DNA of 24,516 nucleotides from a virus (Duplodnaviria; Heunggongvirae; Uroviricota; Caudoviricetes): IMG/VR virus record IMGVR_UViG_2609460332_000001; one strand, 5' to 3'. Shown piece by piece: positions 15,063 to 24,516 of this stretch (position 1 is its first letter; each line of letters starts with the position of its first letter). The notes under the pieces were generated by a model. It saw only the letters and a program-made list of their open reading frames with translations, ran no database searches and was not told where the DNA came from. The position numbers and the translations under genes were made by a program.

Positions 15063-17096
15063 GTGGGCTCACGTCTGATGACTGGTGCGTTGGGACTGGT
15101 TGGTGGCGTACCCGGACTGGTGATGCTGGGGGCAGCAGCATGGTATACGCTGTACCAGAATCAGGAGCAGGCCAGGGAGTCAGCGCGCCAGTATGCACTG
15201 ACGATAGATGAAATCGCGCATAAAACGCCGTCAATGTCTTTGCCTGAAGCCTCAGATAATGAAGGACGAACACGGGCGGCGCTGGCAGAGCAGAACCGGC
15301 TGATTGATGAACAGGCCAGCCGGGTGAAATCCCTGCAGGAAAAAATCGCTGGATATCAGTATGTTCTGGCTAACCCTGGCTGGACAACCGGTGACGGATT
15401 CATGATAAACCATCTGACATCGGTGAAGACCGTGACGGAAGGGCTTTCTCAGGCAACAGAGCAGCTTGCCGTTGAGCAGTCCCGTCTGGCACAGATGCAG
15501 GAAAAAGCGCAGTCCATTCAGGATGTGCTTGCCGGGCTGGAAGACCGTCGTGTGGCGTTAATTCGTCAGCAGGCGGCAGAGCAGAATAAGGTGTACCAGT
15601 CCATGCTGGTTATGAACGGTCAGCATACGGAATTCAACCGTCTGCTGGGGCTGGGGAATGAACTGCTTCAGCAGCGTCAGGGACTGGTGAATGTACCGTT
15701 ACGGCTGCCGCAGGCCACCCTGGATGATAAACAGCAGAGCGCCCTGACAAAAACAGAACGTGAGCTGGCCCTGTCCCGACTGAAGGGGGAGGAAAAAGAG
15801 CGTGCCCGGCTGGGGTATGCGGCGGATGACCTTGGTTTTGTGGGGGATTCGTATCAGGAGGCGAGACAGCGTTATATCAGTAATGCTCTGGAAGCCTGGC
15901 GTAATAACGAGGCGAACAAACCTAAATCCCGGGGTGGAAAATCAGAGACGGAAAAAGCGGAAGACAGTTTTTCCCGGCTACTGAAGCAGCAGAAAGAGCA
16001 ACTGGCACTGGCGGGTCAGAATACAGAGCTGGCGAAGCTGAAGTACCAGACTGCGCAGGGCGAACTGAAAACCCTGACGGAGATGCAGAAGCAGGAACTG
16101 CTGCGTAACGCGGCCCTGATTGACCAGCAAAAAATCCGGGAACAGTTGCGATCCCGGGAAGAGACCCTGAAGAATGATAATGTGGCTGCGCGTGCATCAA
16201 ATGAAGCCGAACTGCTGGGATACGGGCAGGGAGAACGAGCCAGGGAACGCATGCGGGAGTTGCAGCAGATCCGTGACAGCTTCCGCCAGAAGGATGCGGA
16301 CCTTCAGTCTCAGTATCAGACCGGGGATATCAGTGAGGATTTTTACAGACAGGCACGGGCACAGAACGCGCAGTATCTGAGCGAACGCCTTAAGGACCAG
16401 GCAGCCTTTTATGCCGAATCGGATGCGCAGCGTGCGGACTGGCAGAAAGGCTTGCAGGAGGGGCTCAGTAACTGGGTGGACAATGCATCCGATTACGCCT
16501 CACAGGCAGCACAGCTTGCGACGGAGGGTATCTCAGGGATGGTGAATAACATCACGGAGATGCTGAACGGAAACAAAGTGGAATGGCGCAACTGGGCCTC
16601 ATCCGTACTGCAGGAAATCTCAAAAGTTCTTATGAATGCTGCGATTGTCAACGGAATTAAGACGGCGGCAAACGGTATGTCCGGTGCGGGAGGATTTATT
16701 GGCAGCATTGGTGACTGGCTGGGCGGTGCGGTGGCCAATGCAAAAGGCGGCGTGTATACCTCGGCAAACCTGAGTGCGTACAGCAACAGCATTGTGGACA
16801 CGCCCACGTACTTTGCGTTTGCAAAAGGGGCCGGGCTGATGGGGGAAGCCGGACCTGAAGCCATTATGCCCCTGACCCGGGCGGCGGATGGCTCGCTGGG
16901 CGTACGCGCGGTGGGCAGTATGAACGGCAGTGCCGGTCTGGTGTATTCCCCGGTCTACCACATCGCCATTCAGAATGACGGGGCTAACGGACAGATAGGG
17001 GCGGAGGCGGCAGGCAGTCTTGTGCAGCTGATTGACCAGCGGGTGCAGGCGGTGATGCTGTCCATGCGACGTGACGGAGGAATGCTGAGTGGCTGA
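15063..17096 (+). CDS. H: tail tape measure protein, C-terminal portion
   Basis: 677 aa; hydrophobic segment GALGLVGGVPGLVMLGAAAWYTL, long coiled coils, and C-terminus (...IAIQNDGANGQIGAEAAGSLVQLIDQRVQAVMLSMRRDGGMLSG) resembling lambda gpH; GTG start is an ORF-finder artefact if this is one frameshifted gene. Confidence 0.8.
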   Translation: MGSRLMTGALGLVGGVPGLVMLGAAAWYTLYQNQEQARESARQYALTIDEIAHKTPSMSLPEASDNEGRTRAALAEQNRLIDEQASRVKSLQEKIAGYQYVLANPGWTTGDGFMINHLTSVKTVTEGLSQATEQLAVEQSRLAQMQEKAQSIQDVLAGLEDRRVALIRQQAAEQNKVYQSMLVMNGQHTEFNRLLGLGNELLQQRQGLVNVPLRLPQATLDDKQQSALTKTERELALSRLKGEEKERARLGYAADDLGFVGDSYQEARQRYISNALEAWRNNEANKPKSRGGKSETEKAEDSFSRLLKQQKEQLALAGQNTELAKLKYQTAQGELKTLTEMQKQELLRNAALIDQQKIREQLRSREETLKNDNVAARASNEAELLGYGQGERARERMRELQQIRDSFRQKDADLQSQYQTGDISEDFYRQARAQNAQYLSERLKDQAAFYAESDAQRADWQKGLQEGLSNWVDNASDYASQAAQLATEGISGMVNNITEMLNGNKVEWRNWASSVLQEISKVLMNAAIVNGIKTAANGMSGAGGFIGSIGDWLGGAVANAKGGVYTSANLSAYSNSIVDTPTYFAFAKGAGLMGEAGPEAIMPLTRAADGSLGVRAVGSMNGSAGLVYSPVYHIAIQNDGANGQIGAEAAGSLVQLIDQRVQAVMLSMRRDGGMLSG

Positions 17097-17430
17097 GATA
17101 AAAACGCTGCATCTGGTCCCGCGTGAAGGGATGCAGGTGAGTGAGAAACCGTCGGTGGTGAGGGTTCGGTTTGGTGACGGTTATGAACAGCGCCGACCGA
17201 CGGGACTTAATGCCAGACTGAAGACGTTTCAGGCGGTGTTCCGGGTGACGGATGAACCAACCCGGCGCTGGCTGGATGAATTTTTATCGTGGCATGGTGG
17301 TTACCGTGCCTTTTTGTGGCGACCGCCGAAACATAACCTGACGGTGAGGGTGGTGTGCCGGGAGTGGAGCGTCACAGATAACGCCAGGCACAGTGATTTC
17401 AGTTGTACGATTGAGCAGGTGGTGAACTGA
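17089..17430 (+). CDS. M: minor tail protein M
   Basis: 113 aa; ...VRVRFGDGYEQRRPTGLNARLKTF...EQVVN closely resembles recalled lambda gpM. Confidence 0.9.
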   Translation: MAEIKTLHLVPREGMQVSEKPSVVRVRFGDGYEQRRPTGLNARLKTFQAVFRVTDEPTRRWLDEFLSWHGGYRAFLWRPPKHNLTVRVVCREWSVTDNARHSDFSCTIEQVVN

Positions 17431-18128
17431 TGCAGGATATTCGCGAAGAAAGTCTGAACGAGTCGGTTAAGTCAGAGCAGTCACCGCGGGTGGTACTCTG
17501 GGAAATCGACCTGACGGTACAGGGCGGTGAGCGGTATTTTTTCTGTAATGAGCTGAATGAAAAAGGGGAGCCGGTCACCTGGCAGGGGCGGCAATATCAG
17601 GCATACCCGATTGACGGCAGCGGTTTTGAGATGAGCGGGAAGGGCAGCAGTGCCAGACCGTCGCTGACGGTGTCCAATCTGTTCGGTCTGGTCACCGGGA
17701 TGGCGGAAGACCTGCAGAGTCTGGTGGGGGCCACGGTGGTCCGCCGCCGGGTGTATGCCCGTTTTCTGGATGCGGTGAATTTCGTTGCGGGCAATCCGGA
17801 GGCGGACCCGGAGCAGGAGCTGAGTGACCGCTGGGTGGTGGAGCAGATGTCGCAGCTGACAGCCATGACGGCCTCGTTTGTGCTGGCTACACCGACCGAG
17901 ACGGATGGGGCGCTGTTTCCCGGTCGCATCATGCTGGCGAACACCTGTATGTGGGATTACCGGGGAGATGAATGCGGGTATAACGGTCCTGCGGTGGCGG
18001 ATGAGTTCGACAACCCCACCACGGATATCCGTAAGGACAGATGCAGCAAGTGCATGCGCGGGTGTGAACTGCGCAGGAATGTCGGCAATTTTGGCGGTTT
18101 CCTTTCCATTAATAAACTTTCGCAGTAA
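17430..18128 (+). CDS. L: minor tail protein L
   Basis: 232 aa; gpL-like, including the C-terminal Cys cluster (CMWDYRGDECGY...CSKCMRGCELR). Confidence 0.9.
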   Translation: MQDIREESLNESVKSEQSPRVVLWEIDLTVQGGERYFFCNELNEKGEPVTWQGRQYQAYPIDGSGFEMSGKGSSARPSLTVSNLFGLVTGMAEDLQSLVGATVVRRRVYARFLDAVNFVAGNPEADPEQELSDRWVVEQMSQLTAMTASFVLATPTETDGALFPGRIMLANTCMWDYRGDECGYNGPAVADEFDNPTTDIRKDRCSKCMRGCELRRNVGNFGGFLSINKLSQ

Positions 18129-18138
18129 ATCCCGGTTT

Positions 18139-18882
18139 ATGACACAGACTGAATCAGCGATTCTGGCGCATGCCCGGCGGTGTGCGCCTGCGGAGTCGTG
18201 CGGCTTCGTGATAAGCACGTCGGAGGGGGAGTGGTATATCCCTTGTGTGAATATTTCTGCAGAGCCGGAGGCGTATTTTCGTATCGCACCGGAAGACTGG
18301 CTGCGGGCAGAGATGCAGGGGGAGATTGTGGCACTGGTCCACAGTCATCCCGGTGGGCTGCCCTGGCTGAGCGAGGCTGACCGGCGGCTGCAGATAAAAA
18401 GCGCACTGCCCTGGTGGCTGGTCTGCCGGGGTGACATTCACAAATTCCGCTGTGTGCCACATCTGACAGGACGGCGCTTTGAGCACGGGGTGACGGACTG
18501 TTACACGCTGTTCCGGGATGCTTATCATCTGGCGGGGACTGAAATGCCGGATTTTCATCGCGAGGATGACTGGTGGCGCAACGGTCAGAACCTTTACCTG
18601 GACAATATGGCGGTCACCGGCTTTTACCGGGTGCCCCTGTCCTCTGCACAGGCGGGCGATATTCTGCTGTGCTGCTTTGGTGCTTCGGTACCGAACCATG
18701 CCGCCATTTACTGCGGCAACGGTGAGCTGCTTCACCATCTGCCTGAACAACTGAGTAAACGGGAGAGGTATTCCGAAAAATGGCAACGACGAACGCATTC
18801 TGTCTGGCGTCACCGCCACTGGCACGCATCTGCCTTCACGGGGATTTACAACGATTTGGCCGCCGCCTCAGCCTGTATGTGA
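18139..18882 (+). CDS. K: tail assembly protein K (MPN/JAB plus NlpC/P60 domains)
   Basis: MTQTESAILAHARRCAPAESCGFVISTSEGEWYIPCVNISAEPEAYF...HSHPGG... closely matches recalled lambda gpK; start at ATG 18139 rather than ORF-track 17878. Confidence 0.9.
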   Translation: MTQTESAILAHARRCAPAESCGFVISTSEGEWYIPCVNISAEPEAYFRIAPEDWLRAEMQGEIVALVHSHPGGLPWLSEADRRLQIKSALPWWLVCRGDIHKFRCVPHLTGRRFEHGVTDCYTLFRDAYHLAGTEMPDFHREDDWWRNGQNLYLDNMAVTGFYRVPLSSAQAGDILLCCFGASVPNHAAIYCGNGELLHHLPEQLSKRERYSEKWQRRTHSVWRHRHWHASAFTGIYNDLAAASACM

Positions 18883-19220
18883 ACACGGCAGCGGAAGCCA
18901 TCCGGGCGCTGTCGTTACAGGTGCCGGGCTTTCGCCGTCAGATGAACGAAGGCTGGTACCAGATACGTATTGCCGGTTATGACACGGCACCGGAGGCGGT
19001 GTACGCCCGTCTTCACGAACAGCTGGGTGAGGGAACGGTCATCCATATTGTGCCGCGACTGGCCGGGGCCGGAAAGGGTGGACTGCAGATTGTGCTGGGG
19101 GCGGCAGCATCGTGGGCTCTTTCTTCACTGCCGGGGCATCAATGGCGTTATGGGGTTCAGCCCTGGCAGCCGGTGGTTTTTCTGCCACCACGATGCTGTT
19201 TTCACTTGGAGCCAGCATGA
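18780..19220 (+). CDS. I: tail assembly protein I, N-terminal part (frameshifted; ORF tail after about 19108 is out-of-frame read-through)
   Basis: MATTNAFCLASPPLARICLHGDLQRFGRRL...VIHIVPRLAGAGKGGLQIVLGAAA resembles lambda gpI up to about residue 110, then diverges. Confidence 0.75.
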   Translation: MATTNAFCLASPPLARICLHGDLQRFGRRLSLYVNTAAEAIRALSLQVPGFRRQMNEGWYQIRIAGYDTAPEAVYARLHEQLGEGTVIHIVPRLAGAGKGGLQIVLGAAASWALSSLPGHQWRYGVQPWQPVVFLPPRCCFHLEPA

Positions 19221-19459
19221 TTCTGGGCGGTGTGGCCCAGATGCTGGCCCCGAAGGCAAAAACACCGGATTACCGCGCAACGGATAACGGCAGACAGAAC
19301 ACGTACTTTTCCTCGCTGGATAACATGATTGCCCAGGGGAACCCGATGCCGGTGCCTTACGGGGAAATGCTGGTTGGCTCCCGCCGTATATCCCAGGACA
19401 TCAGCACCCGTGATGAAGGCGGGGGCGGAACGGTCGTGGTTATCGGGCGACAGGGATAA
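19112..19459 (+). CDS. I: tail assembly protein I, C-terminal part in the -1 frame
   Basis: GSFFTAGASMALWGS...LGASMILGGVAQMLAPKAKTPDYRATDNGRQNTYFSSLDNMIAQGN...VVVIGRQG resembles the lambda gpI C-terminal half; frame differs from the N-terminal part. Confidence 0.75.
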   Translation: MGSFFTAGASMALWGSALAAGGFSATTMLFSLGASMILGGVAQMLAPKAKTPDYRATDNGRQNTYFSSLDNMIAQGNPMPVPYGEMLVGSRRISQDISTRDEGGGGTVVVIGRQG

Positions 19460-19464
19460 AACAT

Positions 19465-19562
19465 AAAAAAATCCCGCAGTGATCGCGGAGCTGCGGGGAC
19501 AGACAAATGAAGATCAATGTTAAGGAGTTGTTTTTGTTACTCGGGCAAAAAAACACTAACGC
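19465..19562 (-). ncRNA. candidate small RNA (about 100 nt) on the minus strand in the I-J intergenic insertion
   Basis: Minus-strand sigma70-like promoter (-35 TTCACA at 19596-19591, 16-bp spacer, -10 TATAAT at 19574-19569), then a GC-rich hairpin (19497-19473, CCCGCAG/CTGCGGG) followed by U7 (19471-19465); no plausible ORF inside. Confidence 0.3.
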
Positions 19563-19667
19563 AGCGAAATTATAAGCGCCACAGTCAGTGTGTGAAAATG
19601 TGAAGATATTCAGAATTTTTATGCCATTACCGGTTTTAACCAACAGGATTATCGGTGGGCATGAAAG

Positions 19668-19704
19668 AAAACCCCGGTATCTGCTGATACCGGGGTTTCT
19701 CTTT
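19668..19704. terminator. strong palindromic hairpin, possible bidirectional terminator
   Basis: AACCCCGGTATC / GATACCGGGGTT perfect 12-bp stem with 4-nt loop TGCT, flanked by an A-tract 5' and T-rich sequence 3'. Confidence 0.4.
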
Positions 19705-19801
19705 AGCATGGCAGAAATGTGTTTCATGCTTTTCGGGCGAAGGATATCCGACTTCTGTACGGAATGGCAAGTGGCGGTTAATTTATTCAGGGGAAGGCTG
19801 T

Positions 19802-22800
19802 ATGGGAAAAGGTGGCGGTAAGGCACACACGCCTCGTGAGGCGAAGGATAATCTCAAATCCACGCAGATGATGAGCGTGATTGATGCGATTGGTGAGGGA
19901 CCGATAGAAGGTCCGGTGAAGGGACTGCAGAGTATTCTGGTGAACAAAACCCCACTGACGGACACGGACGGCAATCCCGTGATACACGGTGTGACGGCGG
20001 TCTGGCGCGCCGGGGAGCAGGAGCAGACACCACCGGAAGGCTTTGAGTCCTCCGGAGCTGAAACCGGACTGGGCGTGGAAGTGACGAAGGCAAAACCGGT
20101 GACGCGCACCATTACGTCCGCGAACATTGACCGCCTGCGGGTTACCTTCGGGGTGCAGTCACTGGTGGAGACCACCTCAAAGGGTGACCGTAACCCGGCA
20201 TCCGTCCGCCTGCTGATTCAGTTACAGCGTAACGGTAACTGGGTGACAGAAAAGGACGTCACCATTAACGGCAAGACCACCTCACAGTTCCTGGCCTCGG
20301 TGATTCTGGATAATCTGCCTCCCCGGCCCTTTAACATCCGGATGGTCAGGGAGACGGCGGACAGCACCACGGACCAGCTGCAGAATAAGACGCTGTGGTC
20401 GTCATACACCGAAATCATCGATGTGAAACAGTGCTACCCGAACACGGCCATTGTGGGGCTGCAGGTGGATGCGGAGCAGTTCGGCGGCCAGCAGATGACG
20501 GTGAACTACCATATCCGCGGTCGCATCATCCAGGTGCCGTCAAACTATGACCCGGAAAAACGCACGTATAGTGGTATCTGGGACGGCAGTCTGAAACCGG
20601 CATACAGCAACAACCCGGCCTGGTGTCTGTGGGACATGCTGACTCACCCGCGCTACGGCATGGGAAAACGTCTGGGGGCGGCGGATGTGGACAAGTGGGC
20701 GCTGTATGCCATCGGGCAGTACTGCGACCAGACGGTCCCGGATGGTTTCGGGGGGACCGAGCCGCGGATGACCTTTAATGCGTACCTGGCACAACAGCGT
20801 AAGGCGTGGGACGTTCTCAGTGATTTCTGCTCTGCGATGCGCTGTATGCCGGTATGGAACGGTCAGACGCTGACGTTCGTTCAGGACCGCCCGTCGGATG
20901 TGGTGTGGCCGTACACCAACAGCGATGTGGTGGTGGATGATAACGGCGTGGGATTCCGCTACAGCTTCAGTGCCCTGAAGGACCGGCACACGGCGGTGGA
21001 GGTGAATTACACCGACCCGCAGAACGGCTGGCAGACCTCCACGGAACTGGTGGAAGACCCGGAAGCCATACTGCGCTACGGACGCAACCTGCTGAAGATG
21101 GACGCGTTCGGCTGTACCAGCCGCGGTCAGGCCCACCGTGCCGGACTGTGGGTGATAAAGACCGAACTGCTGGAAACGCAGACGGTGGATTTCACGCTCG
21201 GGTCTCAGGGGCTGCGGCACACACCCGGTGACATTATTGAAATCTGTGATAATGACTATGCCGGGACCCTGACCGGCGGACGTGTCCTGTCCATTGATGC
21301 TGCCACCCGCACCCTGACGCTGGACCGTGAGGTTACCCTGCCGGAGACAGGTACATCGGCGGTGAACCTGATTAACGGCAGCGGTAAGCCGGTGAGTGTG
21401 GACATCACCGCACACCCCGCGCCGGACCGGATACAGGTCAGTACCCTGCCTGATGGTGTGGAGACATACGGGGTGTGGGGACTCTCCCTGCCGTCACTGC
21501 GCCGTCGCCTGTTCCGCTGTGTCTCCATCCGGGAAAACACGGACGGCACCTTTGCCATCACGGCGGTGCAGCACGTACCGGAAAAAGAAGCCATCGTGGA
21601 TAACGGTGCCCGCTTTGAGCCGCAGTCAGGTTCCCTGAACAGCGTCATCCCACCGGCAGTGCAGCACCTGACGGTGGAGGTGAGCGCAGCTGACGGCCAG
21701 TATCTGGCGCAGGCGAAATGGGACACGCCGCGGGTGGTGAAGGGTGTGCGCTTCAGTCTGCGCCTGACCAGTGGTAAGGGAACGGATGCCAGACTGGTGA
21801 CCACCGCCATCACCGCAGACACGGAGCACCGTTTCAGCGGCCTGCCGCTCGGGGAATACACCCTGACGGTGCGGGCGATAAACAGCTATGGCCAGCAGGG
21901 TGAACCTGCCACCACCACCTTCCGGATTGCCGCACCGGCAGCACCGTCGCGGATTGAGCTGACGCCGGGCTATTTTCAGATAACCGCAACGCCACATCTT
22001 GCCGTTTATGACCCGACGGTACAGTTTGAGTTCTGGTTCTCGGAAAAGCGGATTGCGGATATCAGGCAGGTTGAAACCGCAGCCCGCTATCTTGGCTCGG
22101 CGCTGTACTGGATAGCTGCCAGTATCAATATCAAACCGGGCCATGATTATTATTTTTATATCCGCAGTGTGAATACTGTTGGCAAATCGGCATTCGTGGA
22201 GGCTGTCGGTCGGGCGAGCGATGATGCGGAAGGTTACCTGGATTTTTTCAAAGGAGAAATCGGGAAAACACATCTGGCCCAGGAGCTGTGGACGCAGATT
22301 GATAACGGTCAGCTTGCGCCGGACCTGGCTGAAATCAGGACGTCCATTACGAATGTCAGCAATGAAATCACGCAGACCGTCAATAAAAAACTGGAAAATC
22401 AGAGTGCGGCAATCCAGCAGATACAGAAAGTTCAGGTTGATACAAATAATAACCTGAACAGCATGTGGGCCGTGAAACTGCAGCAGATGCAGGACGGACG
22501 CCTTTATATTGCGGGTATCGGTGCCGGTATTGAGAATACGCCAGCAGGAATGCAGAGTCAGGTGCTGCTGGCGGCAGACAGGATTGCGATGATTAATCCT
22601 GCGAATGGCAACACAAAGCCGATGTTTGTTGGTCAGGGCGATCAGATATTTATGAATGAAGTGTTCCTGAAATATCTGACGGCTCCCACCATTACCAGCG
22701 GCGGTAATCCTCCGGCATTTTCCCTGACACCGGACGGGCGGCTGACGGCGAAAAATGCCGATATCAGCGGTAACGTGAATGCGAACTCCGGGACGCTCAA

Positions 22801-23275
22801 CAACGTCACGATTAACGAGAACTGTCGGGTTCTGGGAAAATTGTCCGCGAACCAGATTGAAGGCGATCTCGTTAAAACAGTGGGCAAAGCTTTCCCCCGG
22901 GACTCCCGTGCACCGGAGCGGTGGCCATCAGGAACCATTACCGTCAGGGTTTATGACGATCAGCCGTTTGACCGGCAGATTGTTATTCCGGCGGTGGCAT
23001 TCAGCGGCGCTAAACATGAGAAAGAGCATACTGATATTTACTCCTCATGCCGTCTGATAGTGCGGAAAAACGGTGCTGAAATTTATAACCGTACCGCGCT
23101 GGATAATACGCTGATTTACAGTGGTGTTATTGATATGCCTGCCGGTCACGGTCACATGACACTGGAGTTTTCGGTGTCAGCATGGCTGGTAAATAACTGG
23201 TATCCCACAGCAAGTATCAGCGATTTGCTGGTTGTGGTGATGAAGAAAGCCACTGCAGGCATCACGATTAGCTGA
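19802..23275 (+). CDS. J: host specificity protein J (central tail fibre / tip attachment protein)
   Basis: 1157 aa; N-terminus [39 protein letters not shown]... and many internal blocks resemble recalled lambda gpJ; GGGGAAGG RBS. Confidence 0.95.
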   Translation: MGKGGGKAHTPREAKDNLKSTQMMSVIDAIGEGPIEGPVKGLQSILVNKTPLTDTDGNPVIHGVTAVWRAGEQEQTPPEGFESSGAETGLGVEVTKAKPVTRTITSANIDRLRVTFGVQSLVETTSKGDRNPASVRLLIQLQRNGNWVTEKDVTINGKTTSQFLASVILDNLPPRPFNIRMVRETADSTTDQLQNKTLWSSYTEIIDVKQCYPNTAIVGLQVDAEQFGGQQMTVNYHIRGRIIQVPSNYDPEKRTYSGIWDGSLKPAYSNNPAWCLWDMLTHPRYGMGKRLGAADVDKWALYAIGQYCDQTVPDGFGGTEPRMTFNAYLAQQRKAWDVLSDFCSAMRCMPVWNGQTLTFVQDRPSDVVWPYTNSDVVVDDNGVGFRYSFSALKDRHTAVEVNYTDPQNGWQTSTELVEDPEAILRYGRNLLKMDAFGCTSRGQAHRAGLWVIKTELLETQTVDFTLGSQGLRHTPGDIIEICDNDYAGTLTGGRVLSIDAATRTLTLDREVTLPETGTSAVNLINGSGKPVSVDITAHPAPDRIQVSTLPDGVETYGVWGLSLPSLRRRLFRCVSIRENTDGTFAITAVQHVPEKEAIVDNGARFEPQSGSLNSVIPPAVQHLTVEVSAADGQYLAQAKWDTPRVVKGVRFSLRLTSGKGTDARLVTTAITADTEHRFSGLPLGEYTLTVRAINSYGQQGEPATTTFRIAAPAAPSRIELTPGYFQITATPHLAVYDPTVQFEFWFSEKRIADIRQVETAARYLGSALYWIAASINIKPGHDYYFYIRSVNTVGKSAFVEAVGRASDDAEGYLDFFKGEIGKTHLAQELWTQIDNGQLAPDLAEIRTSITNVSNEITQTVNKKLENQSAAIQQIQKVQVDTNNNLNSMWAVKLQQMQDGRLYIAGIGAGIENTPAGMQSQVLLAADRIAMINPANGNTKPMFVGQGDQIFMNEVFLKYLTAPTITSGGNPPAFSLTPDGRLTAKNADISGNVNANSGTLNNVTINENCRVLGKLSANQIEGDLVKTVGKAFPRDSRAPERWPSGTITVRVYDDQPFDRQIVIPAVAFSGAKHEKEHTDIYSSCRLIVRKNGAEIYNRTALDNTLIYSGVIDMPAGHGHMTLEFSVSAWLVNNWYPTASISDLLVVVMKKATAGITIS

Positions 23276-23294
23276 ATTTTATAACCCAGATACG

Positions 23295-23318
23295 GGCGCC
23301 AGAAATGGCGCCTTTTTT
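23295..23318 (+). terminator. intrinsic terminator after J
   Basis: GGCGCC / GGCGCC stem with 6-nt loop AGAAAT, followed by T6. Confidence 0.55.
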
Positions 23319-23342
23319 ATTGCAGAAAAGCGAGAGGTAATT

Positions 23343-23861
23343 ATGCGTAAATTATGTGCTGTTATTTTGTCCGCAGTAGTCTGGCAGGTCGCCGCTGCTA
23401 CGCCAGCGAGTGCAGCAGAACATCAGTCCACGCTGAGCGCGGGGTATCTCCATGCCTCGACGAACGTTCCCGGTAGTGATGATCTGAACGGGATTAACGT
23501 GAAATACCGTTATGAGTTTACGGACGCGCTGGGGCTGATTACGTCCTTCAGTTATGCCAATGCTGAGGATGAGCAAAAAACGCGCTACAGCGATACCCGC
23601 TGGCATGAAGATTCCGTGCGTAACCGCTGGTTCAGCGTGATGGCGGGGCCGTCTGTACGCGTGAATGAATGGTTCAGCGCGTATGCGATGGCGGGTGTGG
23701 CTTACAGCCGTGTGTCGACTTTTGCGTATTTTCATGAAAGGAGATCACTCAATAACTTCCATCGAGATCGGGTAATAACGGCGTTTTTCAAGGTAGTTGT
23801 CGCCTTTTGTAATAAAATTATGTTACGCAGCCTCTTTTTCTGGATTCAGGTAGACTTCTGA
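23343..23861 (+). pseudogene. lom: lom (Ail/Lom-family outer membrane protein), truncated by an insertion after about codon 127
   Basis: MRKLCAVILSA...EHQSTLSAGYLHASTNVPGSDDLNGINVKYRYEFTD...RWHEDSVRNRWFSVMAGPSVRVNEWFSAYAMAGVAYSRVSTF matches recalled lambda Lom; the remainder (AYFHERRSLNNF...) is unrelated read-through into the inserted element. Confidence 0.8.
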
Positions 23862-24516
23862 TATGTAGTCCCAGTTACGTAGATGCTTTCCCCAACGTTC
23901 AGGATGCTGTTCGCGTGCTAGCTGGTATACTGCTTTTCTGGCCGCCAGTATTTTCATATCATTACCTTGATGACGCTCGGCTGGCGTGACGTATTTGATC
24001 CCGCTGTGCTTATGTTCAAAGTTGTACCAGTTTACAAAACGGTTTACCCATACTCTGGCATCATTAATAGTGCGAAAACCGTTCTCAGGCCACCAGGGAC
24101 AATATTTGAGAGTCCGGAACAAAGATTCTGAGTAAGGATTATCATTGCTGACTCTTGGCCGGGAATAAGAACTTAGCACACCAAGCGCATACATTTTCGC
24201 CAACAACGTGTAACTGCGCATGGGACCACCATTATCAGAATGGAGTACCAGATTGTTGGATGAACATTTTTCATTCCATACTGCCCGCTGGAGTAGTTCT
24301 GCTGCATGTTTTCCAGATTCGCTGGCAAATACCTCTGCAGCAATAATCTTGCGACTGTAAATATCGACGATCATATAGAGGTAAAAATGCTGACCTCTGA
24401 CCCAGGACGGCAAATAGCTGATGTCCCAACTCCAGACTTGATTCGGTGCAACGGCCCTGAGTACATCAGGCCGTTTATACTGACATTCACGGGAGCGTTT
24501 CTTCAACTGGTTGGCT
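23723..24516 (-). mobile_element. insertion sequence, IS3-type, partial (runs off the window end), inserted into lom
   Basis: Lom similarity stops at about 23722; a minus-strand DDE transposase ORF follows; boundary approximate; the left end and orfA lie beyond the window. Confidence 0.65.
23823..24506 (-). CDS. DDE transposase catalytic (rve integrase-core) domain, IS3-family OrfB-like, 5'-partial
   Basis: Catalytic-triad context WSWDISYL (D), LHSDNGGPM (D), NDNPYSESLFRTLK (E); the reading frame is open to the window edge, so the N-terminus is outside the window. Confidence 0.8.
   Translation of the reverse strand: MKKRSRECQYKRPDVLRAVAPNQVWSWDISYLPSWVRGQHFYLYMIVDIYSRKIIAAEVFASESGKHAAELLQRAVWNEKCSSNNLVLHSDNGGPMRSYTLLAKMYALGVLSSYSRPRVSNDNPYSESLFRTLKYCPWWPENGFRTINDARVWVNRFVNWYNFEHKHSGIKYVTPAERHQGNDMKILAARKAVYQLAREQHPERWGKHLRNWDYISEVYLNPEKEAA

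Noticed and set aside
14286-15273. Two long minus-strand ORFs (235 and 238 aa) inside the tape measure gene
   Set aside because: Ala-rich GC-skewed coding region gives open antisense frames; the plus strand carries the tape measure similarity.
17878-18138. Upstream extension of gene K in the ORF track
   Set aside because: Overlaps the 3' end of gene L in another frame; similarity to gpK starts at ATG 18139.
17481-18218. 245-aa minus-strand ORF across genes L and K
   Set aside because: Shadow ORF antisense to two well-supported tail genes.
19440-19826. 128-aa minus-strand and 77-aa plus-strand ORFs in the I-J spacer
   Set aside because: Junk-like composition in an AT-rich spacer; they overlap the I stop and J start and cross strong hairpins. 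The region is better explained as non-coding RNA or regulatory DNA.
20540-22273. Three overlapping minus-strand ORFs (291, 201 and 215 aa) inside J
   Set aside because: Antisense to the well-supported J gene; Arg/His-rich translations.
1-24516. Search for integrase, att sites, tRNA or rRNA genes and defence-system signature enzymes (reverse transcriptase, Cas, restriction-modification, large ATPases)
   Set aside because: None seen by reading the ORF translations; a tRNA covariance scan was not run. The window covers only the late region, so prophage ends are expected outside it.

Overview
This window is the late region (lysis plus head and tail morphogenesis) of a lambda-like siphovirus prophage in an Enterobacteriaceae (E. 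coli-like) genome. All calls are from reading the sequence and ORF track and from recalled protein families; no database search was run. Almost everything is on the + strand, in this order: tR'-like terminator, S21-type holin, two extra ORFs, SAR endolysin, a cluster of tiny hydrophobic ORFs, Rz/Rz1 spanins, a 71-aa ORF, a minus-strand RHH protein, HNH endonuclease, a cos-like region with GTTAAC repeats, terminase small and large subunits, a prohead protease-major capsid fusion, portal, head-tail joining proteins, major tail protein, G/GT chaperone with a -1 slip site, tape measure, tail proteins M, L, K, I and J, then lom cut by an IS3-type element at the window end. The tail genes closely resemble lambda M, L, K, I, J and Rz/Rz1; the head module is HK97-like. 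The most interesting candidates are accessory insertions in AT-rich islands: the small-peptide cluster between endolysin and Rz, a candidate minus-strand sRNA between genes I and J, and the lone RHH gene near cos. Tape measure and gene I each appear split by a frameshift, which with the IS in lom suggests a decaying prophage or sequence errors.
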